A DNA stretch of 64,000 nucleotides from a virus (taxonomy: Duplodnaviria; Caudoviricetes), in the IMG/VR virus record IMGVR_UViG_3300026158_000083, positions 9,691 to 73,690 of that record. One strand, 5' to 3'. The notes under the pieces were generated by a model. That model did not search any database. It saw only the letters and a list, made by a program, of their open reading frames with translations, and had not been told where the DNA came from. The translations under genes and the position numbers were made by a program. Shown piece after piece: positions 49,425-60,020 of the stretch (its first letter is position 1; each line of letters opens with the position of its first letter).

Positions 49425-50654
49425 CTATGCATTGCCAATCACCGCTTGTAAGCCTTCCTCGCAGTAGATGCAGACCGGATTGCCGGAGTTGATCGTACCA
49501 ACGCGAATCCAGTCCCACTTGCCACAGAACTTGCAGTCGCCGAGCAGATAGATATTGTAGGCGAACAGTTCGCGTGCGCATTTTGCGCAGGCAAACAGGT
49601 ACTCTTTGTTTTTGGATTCGTTGGCGTACAGTTCTTCGCTGCGCTCACCGCAGAAGTCGCACTTGTCATCGACGGGATACTGGTTAGCCAGCACGTCCAG
49701 TTCTGGTGCTTGCTTCATCAGTTTTTCAGGGTCTTGTTTGACCGTCTTGACTTTGGCTCTGCGATTGTGTCCATTGTTGTGCGCTGGCTTTTCAGGCACG
49801 ACTTCGCCGGTAACTGCTTTTACGATGGCCGTTGTAGGCTCTGCTGGACCCTTGGGGACGGCTGAACTTGCCGTATACTTGCCGTAATAGTACGGTGCTT
49901 CGTCATCGTCCTTGTCATTCCATTTGCCACCGTAATACTTGTGCTGGCCGTTGTACCACACAAACTTCTTGGGCTTAGGTTCAAACGGCAGTTTCTTGCC
50001 GACGTTTTGTTCGTAGAACGTCATGAAGCCGTACAACTGTTGACGCAGTTCCAGCATTTCGACGTGGCAGTAAGCCGTGTGTTCGTTGTGATAGCCGATG
50101 CCCCAATTGAAGCACAGAACCTTCATGAACTCCAGATCGACGATATCGGTGTATGAGCCGTTGCCGACCGTCATCTTGGCCGCCCGCACTAGCTTGGACC
50201 ACTCGCAATCGTCGTCCTGATATTGATAGCCCACAACGTCTGTGCCGCGCCGGTCAAATTCGACGACCCAATCGTAGCTCTTGATTGGCGCAAACACCTT
50301 AGCCGACGATTTGTGTGTTTCTTCGCCGGTCGTGTACAGGATATCGACGCGCACGCCGTATTTTGGCAGCACGTCGCCGATGATGTAGGCACCGAGCCGG
50401 TCGTCCAGCGCGGGATGAAAGATCAACTCGCGATCTGCACCCTGCGCGGGCTTAAGCGTAATGCGTTGCGGTGCATGACTCGCTGAACCAACGTAGTCAA
50501 GATGCGCGACCGCCAGAACTTGCGAGCCGTTGTCTTTGAAGTACCACGGCGACGCATCTGTGCCACAGCGCTGCGCACCGGCTAGTGCCGCGACTTCTGC
50601 TTCCGTCGCGGTCAAATAGCGACTGAGACCGCGATACGATATAAAGTTATTCAA
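49425..50654 (-). CDS. M28/M42-like zinc peptidase domain + C-terminal double zinc ribbon
   Basis: AHLD, LDDRLG, GEE, EFDRRG, GSYTDI, GYHNEH; TTG start after GAGGTG; C-terminal CDFC/CAKC/CKFC/CIYC. Confidence 0.75.
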   Translation of the reverse strand: MNNFISYRGLSRYLTATEAEVAALAGAQRCGTDASPWYFKDNGSQVLAVAHLDYVGSASHAPQRITLKPAQGADRELIFHPALDDRLGAYIIGDVLPKYGVRVDILYTTGEETHKSSAKVFAPIKSYDWVVEFDRRGTDVVGYQYQDDDCEWSKLVRAAKMTVGNGSYTDIVDLEFMKVLCFNWGIGYHNEHTAYCHVEMLELRQQLYGFMTFYEQNVGKKLPFEPKPKKFVWYNGQHKYYGGKWNDKDDDEAPYYYGKYTASSAVPKGPAEPTTAIVKAVTGEVVPEKPAHNNGHNRRAKVKTVKQDPEKLMKQAPELDVLANQYPVDDKCDFCGERSEELYANESKNKEYLFACAKCARELFAYNIYLLGDCKFCGKWDWIRVGTINSGNPVCIYCEEGLQAVIGNA

Positions 50655-50655
50655 T

Positions 50656-52200
50656 TTACACCTCGCAATTCTTGCACAGCACCTCTGTGCTTTGTCCGTT
50701 AAGCAGCAGATAGCGATTGCAATAGTTACACTCGGTGGCCTGCGGTCGAATAGTGCCATGACATCTGCCGCATTTTCGATTGTTGTAGGAATCGGTGTAC
50801 GCGCGCGTGGAGAACCGATAAGTATCGCACGCCGGACAGTGCACCAGTGGTGGTGTCAAACTTTCTGCGCAGGTCTTGCAGTAGTACGTCCAGCGCACCA
50901 TATCTTCCGGTATTTCGTCCAGCATATCCGACTCCGTCTGGAAGGTTTTGATCCGATAGGCTTTTTCGTCCGGCGTTTTAGTCAGCGAACCCAGACAACA
51001 CGCGCACCTTGTACGTCTGACTGCGATACAACTGGGACAGGTGTAGTGGCTGTAGGGCGGTTCTTCTTCACGATCATACGTGTTGCCGCATTCCGCACAG
51101 AACCAGAACCATTCGTCGTAGCAACTTTTGCAGTAGAAATAGCCGTCGTGGCGATAGCCGTTAGTTGTGTCGTAGCGACCATCGCACGCGATGCAGTCCG
51201 CGGTATAGATGTCCCAGCAGTATTGGCAGTAATAGCTGCTATCGTCGTTATCCTGCATGATGTAGAGGTCCGGATTAGCCGGTCGATCACAGTAACAACA
51301 CACATAGTGTGTTTGTTCGGTAATTTCTAAATCGACACGCGCTATTTTACGAAACTCTCCGCTATCACGCGGATGCAGCACTATGCCGCAGCCGTTGTTG
51401 ATCCACAACATACCGTTCGGTGTGTCATTGTTGCAGAGATCGATGAGCGCGCTTCCGCCTTTCAGATGCGCGCGTAATACCATGCCCGCCATCTTGGTGC
51501 AGTTTGAGCCACCGCCGTAGTCGTGATTCATAGTGTGATTCGCGCCAGCGGCCCAATAGCCGTTGAACAGTATGGGGCATAGCACGCCGTCAATTGTGCG
51601 TTGCACGATCCAAGCTCGACCAACACCCTTCCCTGAACCGTAATAGCGCTCATCTGCGTCGCTGGCCGCGTAGAAACGCATTGCCAGGAACGTTGGATCA
51701 GACATGAGCATGTCTTTGGCTTCGGCATGATCGCCCCAAAAGCACGCACCGGCTTCGCCGAAATCGCCTCGCTCCCAATCGATTGTTTTGACGAAATCGA
51801 AGGCAAACTCACCCTGTTGACCGAGCCAGTTTTCGGTCAGTTGAGCCAACTCGCTGGCCATGCCATCACATAGGTTGAGTCCGGCTCGCACCAGCAACGC
51901 CTTACGGAGTCGCTTGACGATCCGACCGCTGTACAACGCGTGTTTGCTGGCGTAGCAGAGCGGGTCGCGCTGTGGTTCAAGATAGTCTGGATCAACTACT
52001 TTCGCGTCGCGTTCCCAACTCCACCAATCTGCTTCCAGAAAATTCAATTTGTGATAGTGGCTACTGGCTAGTTCACCGGTCATATTCAGCGCGTTACGAA
52101 TCGCGTCGGCGATGGCCTGACGATCTAGCGGCACAACTACCGTATACAGTTTAGCCGTCTGAAGTTTGGTCGCCAGACGGCGTTCCCATGTAGTTGGCAT
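50656..52200 (-). CDS. Cys-rich protein, paralogue 1 (GRAW core domain + multiple CxxC ribbons)
   Basis: IDWERGDF...FLAMRFYA...RYYGSGKGVGRAWI...FNGYW...MNHD followed by more than ten CxxC pairs. Confidence 0.75.
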   Translation of the reverse strand: MPTTWERRLATKLQTAKLYTVVVPLDRQAIADAIRNALNMTGELASSHYHKLNFLEADWWSWERDAKVVDPDYLEPQRDPLCYASKHALYSGRIVKRLRKALLVRAGLNLCDGMASELAQLTENWLGQQGEFAFDFVKTIDWERGDFGEAGACFWGDHAEAKDMLMSDPTFLAMRFYAASDADERYYGSGKGVGRAWIVQRTIDGVLCPILFNGYWAAGANHTMNHDYGGGSNCTKMAGMVLRAHLKGGSALIDLCNNDTPNGMLWINNGCGIVLHPRDSGEFRKIARVDLEITEQTHYVCCYCDRPANPDLYIMQDNDDSSYYCQYCWDIYTADCIACDGRYDTTNGYRHDGYFYCKSCYDEWFWFCAECGNTYDREEEPPYSHYTCPSCIAVRRTRCACCLGSLTKTPDEKAYRIKTFQTESDMLDEIPEDMVRWTYYCKTCAESLTPPLVHCPACDTYRFSTRAYTDSYNNRKCGRCHGTIRPQATECNYCNRYLLLNGQSTEVLCKNCEV

Positions 52201-53774
52201 CAGACGATCCCCCGATCTGCGGCACACTTATTGCAGTAGTGTCGCGTGTAGTAGTCCCAACTGCCTTTGTACTTAAGGGGCGTCAAGGTCTTACGCGAGC
52301 AGCCGGTGCACGTCGTCAGACTGTACGGATCAAATGGCTGACCCGCAGTCAGCATACGCTCCTTGACGCACAGCAGACATTCGGGTGTGCCATCGGCGTG
52401 CACCAGAATCATTTCGTTGGCGGCAAGTCGCCCGCAGACTTTGCAGCGCAAATAGTCTGCATGGTTTTCGATACACTCGCGACAAATGTGGCCGCGGCGC
52501 AGCGGCGCGTTGAGCGCCTGTTTGCCGATCAACCAATCTGAAGTCGCGCGTGCGACACGACAACCGCAAATCTTGCAGTCGCAGGTCAACTTCGTATGGC
52601 ATTCACCGCACACTCGCTGGCCTTCGACGTAATAGGCCGCGCGGCGATAGGCATCAACTTCAACGTTGCATTGCGCGCAGTTGAAGAAGTACCGTTCGTG
52701 ACATTCGCGACACATGGTGTTGCCGTTACTGACAACTTTCCATTCGTTACGCAGGTGTCTGCCGCAGCGTGGGCAGTAGAAGTATTCGCGCGCGTAGCAC
52801 GCGTTGCAGTAAATCCGGTAATCGCACACGATGCGTTCCGCCTCGCCGACCAACACGCCGCACTCGCAGCATGGCTTAGGACGCCGGTGCTTATCGGTGC
52901 GCAGGTCGATACGATTTGGAATCACTACATGCGCAGGTGCGATCACGAAACCTGTGCCATGATTCACGTACAACGTACCGCGGTCTGAGCCACAGTTTGA
53001 CAGATACACCTGCTGCGCCGTGAGTCCAAGATGCGCCGCGAAACCATTAGCGGCCAACTTGGTGCAGCTATTGCTGTCGCTGCCGAGCCGGACCGAGTCG
53101 TGATTCATGATGCCATCGCCGCCCGCGTACCAGTAGCCGTTGAATATGTGCGGCACACGATAGCCCGCGTATTCACGGAACAGAATCCAAGCGCGCCCGA
53201 TGCCCTTGCCGCTGCCATAATAGCGATCTACTGAGCCTTCTGGTGCGTAGAAGCGGATCGCCAGAAAATCGTCCTCAGCCAGCATATCCCGCGCCGCAGC
53301 ATTGCTGCTGAAGTAGCAGGAACGATGGTCGGCAAAGTCGCCTTCGCGCCAGTCGATGGCATTGTGAAAGTCGAAGCGGTACTCACCGGCAGATGACTTA
53401 AGACTGCCGATAACATTGCCGATCATCTCCACAAGCTTTTCCGGCAGTTCAAGATAGACAGAACGCCGACGCAGCGCCTGCGCTATCCGCCTGGCGATTG
53501 GACCGCGATATTCGACAAGCTTAGTGGTAAGCTTGCCATCGCGGTTAATCGCATAGTAGTCCGGATCGATTGCGGTTTCGTCCGGATTCCAGGTCCACCA
53601 ATCTTCATACAGGAAGTCGGTGATCGAACTGTCTAGCGTTTCGCTAAGGTAGCGACCGACATGCTGTGCGAGATCGAGGTCCGTGATTTCGGCACGCGCG
53701 GTGTAGAGTTGCTTCATGCGCGTGCGCTCCGTCAGCCATGCATTCCACTCTGCAAGGCTCATTTCGTCTGCCAT
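52200..53774 (-). CDS. Cys-rich protein, paralogue 2
   Basis: IDWREGDF...FLAIRFYA...RYYGSGKGIGRAWI...FNGYW...MNHD plus CxxC repeats; TGATG junction with paralogue 1. Confidence 0.75.
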   Translation of the reverse strand: MADEMSLAEWNAWLTERTRMKQLYTARAEITDLDLAQHVGRYLSETLDSSITDFLYEDWWTWNPDETAIDPDYYAINRDGKLTTKLVEYRGPIARRIAQALRRRSVYLELPEKLVEMIGNVIGSLKSSAGEYRFDFHNAIDWREGDFADHRSCYFSSNAAARDMLAEDDFLAIRFYAPEGSVDRYYGSGKGIGRAWILFREYAGYRVPHIFNGYWYAGGDGIMNHDSVRLGSDSNSCTKLAANGFAAHLGLTAQQVYLSNCGSDRGTLYVNHGTGFVIAPAHVVIPNRIDLRTDKHRRPKPCCECGVLVGEAERIVCDYRIYCNACYAREYFYCPRCGRHLRNEWKVVSNGNTMCRECHERYFFNCAQCNVEVDAYRRAAYYVEGQRVCGECHTKLTCDCKICGCRVARATSDWLIGKQALNAPLRRGHICRECIENHADYLRCKVCGRLAANEMILVHADGTPECLLCVKERMLTAGQPFDPYSLTTCTGCSRKTLTPLKYKGSWDYYTRHYCNKCAADRGIV

Positions 53775-53889
53775 TTTGACCTCCCTAGATATGTGGTTCA
53801 TGACAAGCGACTGCCCAGGACAATTCCTGGGCAGTCTATTGGCATAAACGATTAGGGCGCGCAACTCGCGTCACGCGCCCTGGTTTGAT

Positions 53890-54474
53890 CTACGACTCCT
53901 GTGGTAGTCTCGCGCCGAAGCGACGCAGCAGATCGTTTTTCACCGTAAGCGCAACAGCCATGTCGTTTAGGTTACTGCGACTGTGATCCCAATACGACGC
54001 AGTAGGATTGAGTCCGAGAATCATATTGACGGTTTCCAGCGCAGCTTCCAGCCAATCTTGGCGCACATCGTCTGGCACGCAACACAGATCAGACCGATCA
54101 TACAGACTGTAAACGTACTCAATGGTCATGTCGGCCAAACGCGTTTGCAGTTCGGCCTCAGTTGTCGGTGCGAGTCGGCGATAGATGCTATGTTCGTATT
54201 TGAAGTTGTACCTTGCTTCATCGGCCGCGAGGCTGAGATTCCACTTTTCGGCTTCGGCGTTGTGGGCCGCGACCAGCGTCGCGTAATCGTAGCCATCTTC
54301 CGGAATAACTGAGCACACATCTTGCAGCGCACCATCGATCCAATCATAGCCGTTGCCGTTGACGCAGAAAAGCTGATTCAATGCGTGGGCTTTATTTCTG
54401 AAAAGATCGGGATGACGCAGCAGCATGTCGCGCAGCGTGTCCTCTACCGTTGGAGTTTCACCAAACTTTAGCAC
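53890..54474 (-). CDS. Hypothetical protein
   Basis: 194-aa ORF with GGAGG SD. Confidence 0.6.
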   Translation of the reverse strand: MLKFGETPTVEDTLRDMLLRHPDLFRNKAHALNQLFCVNGNGYDWIDGALQDVCSVIPEDGYDYATLVAAHNAEAEKWNLSLAADEARYNFKYEHSIYRRLAPTTEAELQTRLADMTIEYVYSLYDRSDLCCVPDDVRQDWLEAALETVNMILGLNPTASYWDHSRSNLNDMAVALTVKNDLLRRFGARLPQES

Positions 54475-54483
54475 ATGGACCTC

Positions 54484-54831
54484 CTACAGTTTCTTGCGTA
54501 GCAGCAGCTTGTTTTCGTCCATCAACTCAGCATCGCCGAAACCCATATCACGATACAGGCAGATAGCCGGTAAGTTGCTATTATCGACGACCAACTCTAC
54601 CTGTTCGATGCCTTGCTTGACGGCTTCGGTGAGCAGCAGGTGCATCAGCCGCTTTTGCAAACCCTGCCGTCTAAACGCAGGACTGGTCCAGACGTTGTAG
54701 ATGCGCCCGTTTTCACGGATAAATGCGGTGGCGACTACCGCACAGGCGTTGACACCGCTGAGTTCTTCCAGCGTAGCCAGCGAAACAATGCTGGCTACGC
54801 CGTGCAACGCGTCATACGCGGTTAGCAACAT
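54484..54831 (-). CDS. GNAT acetyltransferase (RimI-like)
   Basis: IYNVWTSPAFRRQGLQKRL...NLPAICLYRDMGF. Confidence 0.85.
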   Translation of the reverse strand: MLLTAYDALHGVASIVSLATLEELSGVNACAVVATAFIRENGRIYNVWTSPAFRRQGLQKRLMHLLLTEAVKQGIEQVELVVDNSNLPAICLYRDMGFGDAELMDENKLLLRKKL

Positions 54832-56549
54832 CAGGCTTGTCTGGTTGCGTCGTCAGTTGCAGGATCGGTTTCTTGACGACGATGTAGGTTTCACCGGTGC
54901 CTAAACGCAGCTTTTCAGCGATTTCCAGCGCGTCGGCACGCGTGAAGCAGCGGAGCGCGAATCCAGTCGCCAGATTACGCACCTCCCAAGGTCGATTCTC
55001 AAAGGTCATGTTGGACTCCTTTCGGAGCTATGGCGTCACCACGCCGGGGATGCCCGCGATGATGCCGATGATAAAGAACAGCATCGCGAGCGCCAGAAAC
55101 AGCACGATCAACTTGCCAAGACCATCTTTCATGGCTACTCCTTTCTACAGGGTCGCACCTGTGGTGATGATGATGAACACGCATAGAGCCAGCGCAAGGA
55201 TAAGCAGAATGGTGATGATCTTCATGCAGCCTTCGACTTCGCTCATATGAAGCTCCTTACGGCGTCACGCCCATACTGCCGCTAGCGTCCAGCAGTAACT
55301 CCAAAAATGTGTCTTTCACGGGAACCCTCCTAGGCCAGACGTTTATCCACTTCATCCTGCACCATTTTTTCGTAAGCGCCGACCTTGATGCCGAGTGCAG
55401 GATATATTTCTTCGGCGTCAAAGGCTTCCAGTGCCTTGAGGATGCGCAGCAGGGATTGCTCATTCAGGCGGGTGAGCTTTTCAGCCAGCCCGTTATCAGC
55501 CGTTACTGGTTTGCGCATGGATCACTCCTGGGCGATTCGATACCCAGCGCCGTATCCAGCATGTCGTCGGCAATGTCGGCGATAAAGCCGTAGTATGTCG
55601 CGCGTCGCGCGTGACCGTTTGCGCGTTCGGTACGCTGTCTGTTGCGCAGATGGTGAATGACTTGCAGGGCAGTCGAAACCATTTGTGCGCGCAGCACAGA
55701 CGAGCCGATACCTTTTGTCTGGCTGTCGCGGCTGGTTTCGATCATGAGTGTAGCGTCATGCACCGTTCGTAGCAGCGCACGCGTGTTCGCCGACTCAAAC
55801 ATCAGCGGCCTCCGGTGCGACGATTGTTGAACTTCGTCGCCGCCTTGCTGTGCGCCAACTTGGCAGCATGCGCTTGCTTGCGCCGTTCGGCGCGCGTCAA
55901 GGGCCGTTCGACTTCTGGCTCGTGTTTGTGTGCCGCAATCAGCGCATCCAGTTCCTGCATACTTTCGACTGTCATTATGATCCTCCTATGGGTAATTGCA
56001 GCCGCCTGCCCACATGCGTGAGCTTACCTCGCCCCACCAGCGGTCTGCATCTTGGCGAGATTGAGCGCGGTTGTCGCACACAACCGCACCCGATAGATCA
56101 ATTAGCGCACAGCGCACAGCCTGCCGCACCCGCGCTGCACTCTTCGCCGTTGCACGGCGGCAAGTTGCACGCCATGCAACAGAGGGCTAGCAGCAGCAGC
56201 ATGACTAGAAAAGCCAGTAGACCTCTTGTGCGCGCGTTCATGCGTCCTCCGGCAGCAGTTCACGAATTTCCTGCCAGTAGGCTTCGTCCACCGGCTCGAC
56301 GGCTGTGGCTTCGTTCATGATGTTGGCGATTTCGTCCAGCGCATGAATGAAGGCGTCGATGCTGGTGGCGGCTGACATTTGACCAGTGGCCGTGTTGGTG
56401 TTGTCGGTCTGCACCTCGGCGCTCATGAACTCGTCGTGGTTGCTGACACCTTCGCCAATGCCCTTGACAAAGGCATTGGCTGCGTCTACCGTGGCAAACT
56501 CCACTACTTTGAAGCTGCCACTCTCGTACGAAATTACGACCCGATACAT
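54812..56549 (-). other. Run of short hypothetical ORFs, several membrane-bound or basic
   Basis: SD-preceded small ORFs (e.g. 55309-55518, 55503-55802, 56238-56549); no recognisable domains. Confidence 0.5.
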
Positions 56550-56561
56550 GCTACACCTCCC

Positions 56562-57440
56562 CTAGTTCAGTTGATCGACGATCAGCTTGGCAACATCTGC
56601 GCCGAGCGCGTCACCCATATGTGACCACTCCGGCGACCGGTTTTCTTCGATGATGTAGGCTTCATTATCCAGAACGCCCACATCAACGCCGAGCAGGCCG
56701 CGGTCGGAGCAGGTCTTCAGCGCGTCGCAGACGCAGGCTGGCAAATCAGCCACCTCTAACGCAATGAACTTGCTACCCAGCGCGCGATCCTCAGCGAATC
56801 TCCGCGCATACTTCTTTTTCCGGCACGCGCCGATAATCTTGCCGTTCATCAGCATGACGCGATACTCGCGCTTGAACGGCAGGCAGGGCTGCATGAGCAG
56901 CGCGGTGCGCGGATTGGCGACGAACCAGTTCGTGACGAACGCTTCAGCCGCAGCCAGATCATTCAGCTTCGTCACGCCCTTGCCATGCTTGCCGTTGACG
57001 GGCTTGACCAGGATCGGAAAATCATCCAGCCCGTCAACGTCGGCCAGTTGCTGCTTGGCGATGCCCGCGTTGAACGATACATAACTGTCCACGCCCACGT
57101 GATTGCGCCAGCGACGCAGCGTTGTCAATAGCTTACCGCTCTTGCCGCTGGTGAAGCGGCTAAGCCCATCGACGGAACGCTCATCACCAAGCGTGCGCAC
57201 CAGCAACGCTGTCGCAGCCTCAGCGCCCGTCGTGCCGCGCACGATCAGGTGCGAAAGCAGGTTCAAGTCCCACTCGCCAGAGCAGACTACCGCCATATCG
57301 CTATGACGCAAGAACCTGAAATCGACCAACAGCGGGTCGATCACAATGGCCTCGAATCGCTCATCATCTGCCAGCGCCGCGATCAGCTTCGCGGTCTCTG
57401 GCAGACGCGGTTTGCGTGTTACCACGCCGACGTACTTCAC
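56562..57440 (-). CDS. RimK-like ATP-grasp ligase
   Basis: FPILVKPVNGKHGKGV, LMQPCL...EYRVM, GLLGVDV, IIEENRSP. Confidence 0.82.
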   Translation of the reverse strand: MKYVGVVTRKPRLPETAKLIAALADDERFEAIVIDPLLVDFRFLRHSDMAVVCSGEWDLNLLSHLIVRGTTGAEAATALLVRTLGDERSVDGLSRFTSGKSGKLLTTLRRWRNHVGVDSYVSFNAGIAKQQLADVDGLDDFPILVKPVNGKHGKGVTKLNDLAAAEAFVTNWFVANPRTALLMQPCLPFKREYRVMLMNGKIIGACRKKKYARRFAEDRALGSKFIALEVADLPACVCDALKTCSDRGLLGVDVGVLDNEAYIIEENRSPEWSHMGDALGADVAKLIVDQLN

Positions 57441-57451
57441 TTCGTCACCTC

Positions 57452-58085
57452 CTAGAAGAATAACCGCAGCATCGGGCGGTCGAACTTGTCGTAGATGTCC
57501 TTCAGGATGGACTCTACGTAGATTTTACCGCGCCACCAGTACCAGCGCGTGCCACTACTGAGCACGACTTCGGCTGGCGGCTGCGGCTCAACGATGTAGA
57601 ACTCTGTACCATCCATGCGCCACAGATTGTGGCGTTCCAGCGCGTAGTCGCCGTGTTCGCAGCAGCACTCGGCAAAGGCTTGTTGCGCCTGATCTGCCGT
57701 GCCATCGACTGTGGCGACGACGCTATCCGACCGTGTGTGTACAATCACATAGTCCATAGACACCTCCATACTTTGTCAGGCCAATTCCTGAACAACCTGT
57801 TGCCTGCAAGTCGTAACTTGCAAGCAACTGGTTCATAGCTCAGGACTAGCGCCGAATCGTGACGGTTTCGGTCGCATGTAGCTGCCACGCCGTCTTGCGC
57901 ACCATGAGCGAAGTACCGTCGGTCAGTGGCACTTCGACCAGCGTGCTGCACCAGCGTTGCAGCGGCAACCGGCAGTACTTATAGGTTGTCTTGCCGGTCA
58001 TCTGGTACTCAATCGGCCCGCCGAGCAGCAGGCTGAGCACAACGATTAGGAAAAGCTGTTTCATCGGTCCCCCTACAGTGGACAC
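57452..58085 (-). other. Two short hypothetical ORFs
   Basis: ORF track 57452-57769 and 57846-58085; the second has a signal-like N-terminus. Confidence 0.5.
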
Positions 58086-58489
58086 GCATAACCGGGCTTA
58101 GTCGGGCAGGTCAGGCGTGCTGTGGTTGGTGCGCTGAATAAGACGCGCACGCCATCTAGCGGTGCACGCATATGCCAGCGCATAGCAGTTTCATAATCGA
58201 CTTCCACCACCCTTCTGCGCTGATTTATCAGCGCAACATCTTGTTTTGCCGCACAATCGACCACTAGAAACGGACCCTCAGCCGCATGTCCACGACGTTG
58301 TATCCAGACACGCTTGCCGATGTGTTCGCGGTCGATCAGCGCAGCATAGCCGATGCACTCCTGACAGGGCGTCACGTGCTGCCAACTTAGGCGATTGGCG
58401 TAAACGCGTTCCATTACGCCGTCGCTGTAGTAGGTCATTTGGCCGATCAGTACGTGCATGGCTATATTCAGTGATAGCAGCAAAGCCAC
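58073..58489 (-). CDS. RlpA/expansin-like double-psi beta-barrel protein, exported
   Basis: MTYY...YAAL...IGKRVWI...GPFLVVDCA...VEVD. Confidence 0.6.
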   Translation of the reverse strand: MALLLSLNIAMHVLIGQMTYYSDGVMERVYANRLSWQHVTPCQECIGYAALIDREHIGKRVWIQRRGHAAEGPFLVVDCAAKQDVALINQRRRVVEVDYETAMRWHMRAPLDGVRVLFSAPTTARLTCPTKPGYACPL

Positions 58490-58734
58490 TAGCGTTTCAC
58501 CACGTCGTACAGGCCATGCACGTAACGGTACATTTGACCGTCAACGTACAGCAGCGCGGGGAGACACCAGTTGGCGAGTTCTTGACCGTCGCGCTGGACG
58601 GTCAGACCCTTGGCTGTCCAGTTGTGCGTGCGAATAGCAACGCGCGCAACAGCTTCGCCGGGATACTCGCCAATTTCTGATCGTACCGTGGCGAGAATCT
58701 CGCCGGTCGTACGATCTACGACATTGGTGCTCAT
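58489..58734 (-). CDS. Hypothetical protein
   Basis: AGGAG SD, 81 aa. Confidence 0.5.
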   Translation of the reverse strand: MSTNVVDRTTGEILATVRSEIGEYPGEAVARVAIRTHNWTAKGLTVQRDGQELANWCLPALLYVDGQMYRYVHGLYDVVKR

Positions 58735-58781
58735 AATACGTCTCCTTTCGGTAGATTCTTGCCTGCGCTTATAGGCAAGCG

Positions 58782-58812
58782 CCTGAGCACACCCGTTACG
58801 ATGTGCTCAGGA
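58782..58812. terminator. Intergenic stem-loop
   Basis: CCTGAGCAC...GTGCTCAGG, just downstream of the 58819 stop. Confidence 0.5.
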
Positions 58813-58818
58813 GTCTGC

Positions 58819-59556
58819 TTAGAAGATCAGCGGCAAATATGATTTGAACGGCAAAGTACGCATTTCCCAGTCGTATTCCGGCTGCGCTTGCATCGCCGCG
58901 CCGGTGAGCCAGCGCCAGACCGCCTGTCCGCCACTCTGCTGAGCGTAATTGTTCAGATTATACGCCCGCATCATGCAGACGGGCAGCGGGATGAAGTACG
59001 CACCGTAGGAATCCGTCCAGCCTGCAATCTGATCGGGACAACCGGCGTCCCACGGCTGCTTCTCATGTAACGCGAGAAAGCCGATCTCCGTGCTGCACGT
59101 CGGCGTACAGTCGTTCTTGACGCGCCCGTGTGCAATGACGTAATCCGCACCGTAAAGCACGAAGTTTACGTCCTGCGCAACCGCGTCCAGAAACTCATTT
59201 TCGCCCACCGCGGCACCCGCGGATACGTAATGCCGCCACGTTGGATGCGGTACGTCCGGCCCCGTCGCGGGCTCCCACGCACTTACTTCGATGTACGTAT
59301 ACGCCAGCAGGCAATCCGGCACTTGCAGCACATAGGCACCGTGAGAATCCGTGTGCGTGTAGACGTAGGCGAAACAGTCCTCAGCCGGTCGCTCAGTGCC
59401 AAACTCCGGCAGACCGGCATCGACTACAGCCCCGGCGATTGGTTGGCCGAATGAGTTACTGACGTTGCCGTGCAGCGTCACATCTTCTGCGCTCGCTGCC
59501 AACGACGCGCCGAACAGAACACTTGCCGCAATGGCTGCGGCGGCCCAAATCTTCAT
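58819..59556 (-). CDS. Secreted protein with carboxypeptidase-regulatory-like repeats and a C-terminal YLPLI tail
   Basis: Signal peptide MKIWAAAAIAASVLFGASLAASA; GNVSNSFGQPIAGAVV...TDSHGAY and TDSYGAY; ends KSYLPLIF. Confidence 0.7.
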   Translation of the reverse strand: MKIWAAAAIAASVLFGASLAASAEDVTLHGNVSNSFGQPIAGAVVDAGLPEFGTERPAEDCFAYVYTHTDSHGAYVLQVPDCLLAYTYIEVSAWEPATGPDVPHPTWRHYVSAGAAVGENEFLDAVAQDVNFVLYGADYVIAHGRVKNDCTPTCSTEIGFLALHEKQPWDAGCPDQIAGWTDSYGAYFIPLPVCMMRAYNLNNYAQQSGGQAVWRWLTGAAMQAQPEYDWEMRTLPFKSYLPLIF

Positions 59557-59585
59557 GACTGACACCTCCTAATTGATTGTGCCTA

Positions 59586-60020
59586 TTATTGCAGTCTCAT
59601 GGTCATGCGACGTTCACCGTACTCGACGTAGCGACGCGGGCTAAATCTGAAGCCCAAGCTCTTGTACAGCGCAATCGCCGGTTCGTTGGTCGGCATCACG
59701 TACAATCGGACGTACTTATAGCCAGCTACGCGCAGATCGGCAATGACGCGGCTAAGCAGCCGCTTTTGCAGGCCCATGCGCCGAAATTCCTCTTTGGTGT
59801 TGACGCTCCAGATAGTCGGATGCCTAGAACGATTTCGCTTTTCAACCATCGCGCCTGCCGCGCGTACTACCGGAGCATTTTCAACGCGCGCCATGAATAG
59901 CAAGTCCTTATCTTGCACATCCGGCATATCCGCAGCATCATCTATATGATATACGGAATAATAGATGAGCCGCTTCCAGGAATACTCGTTTTCGCCATCA
60001 TTGACGGTTCGTAACATCAT
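59586..60020 (-). CDS. GNAT acetyltransferase (RimI-like), second copy
   Basis: IWSVNTKEEFRRMGLQKRL...NEPAIALYKSLGF. Confidence 0.85.
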   Translation of the reverse strand: MMLRTVNDGENEYSWKRLIYYSVYHIDDAADMPDVQDKDLLFMARVENAPVVRAAGAMVEKRNRSRHPTIWSVNTKEEFRRMGLQKRLLSRVIADLRVAGYKYVRLYVMPTNEPAIALYKSLGFRFSPRRYVEYGERRMTMRLQ

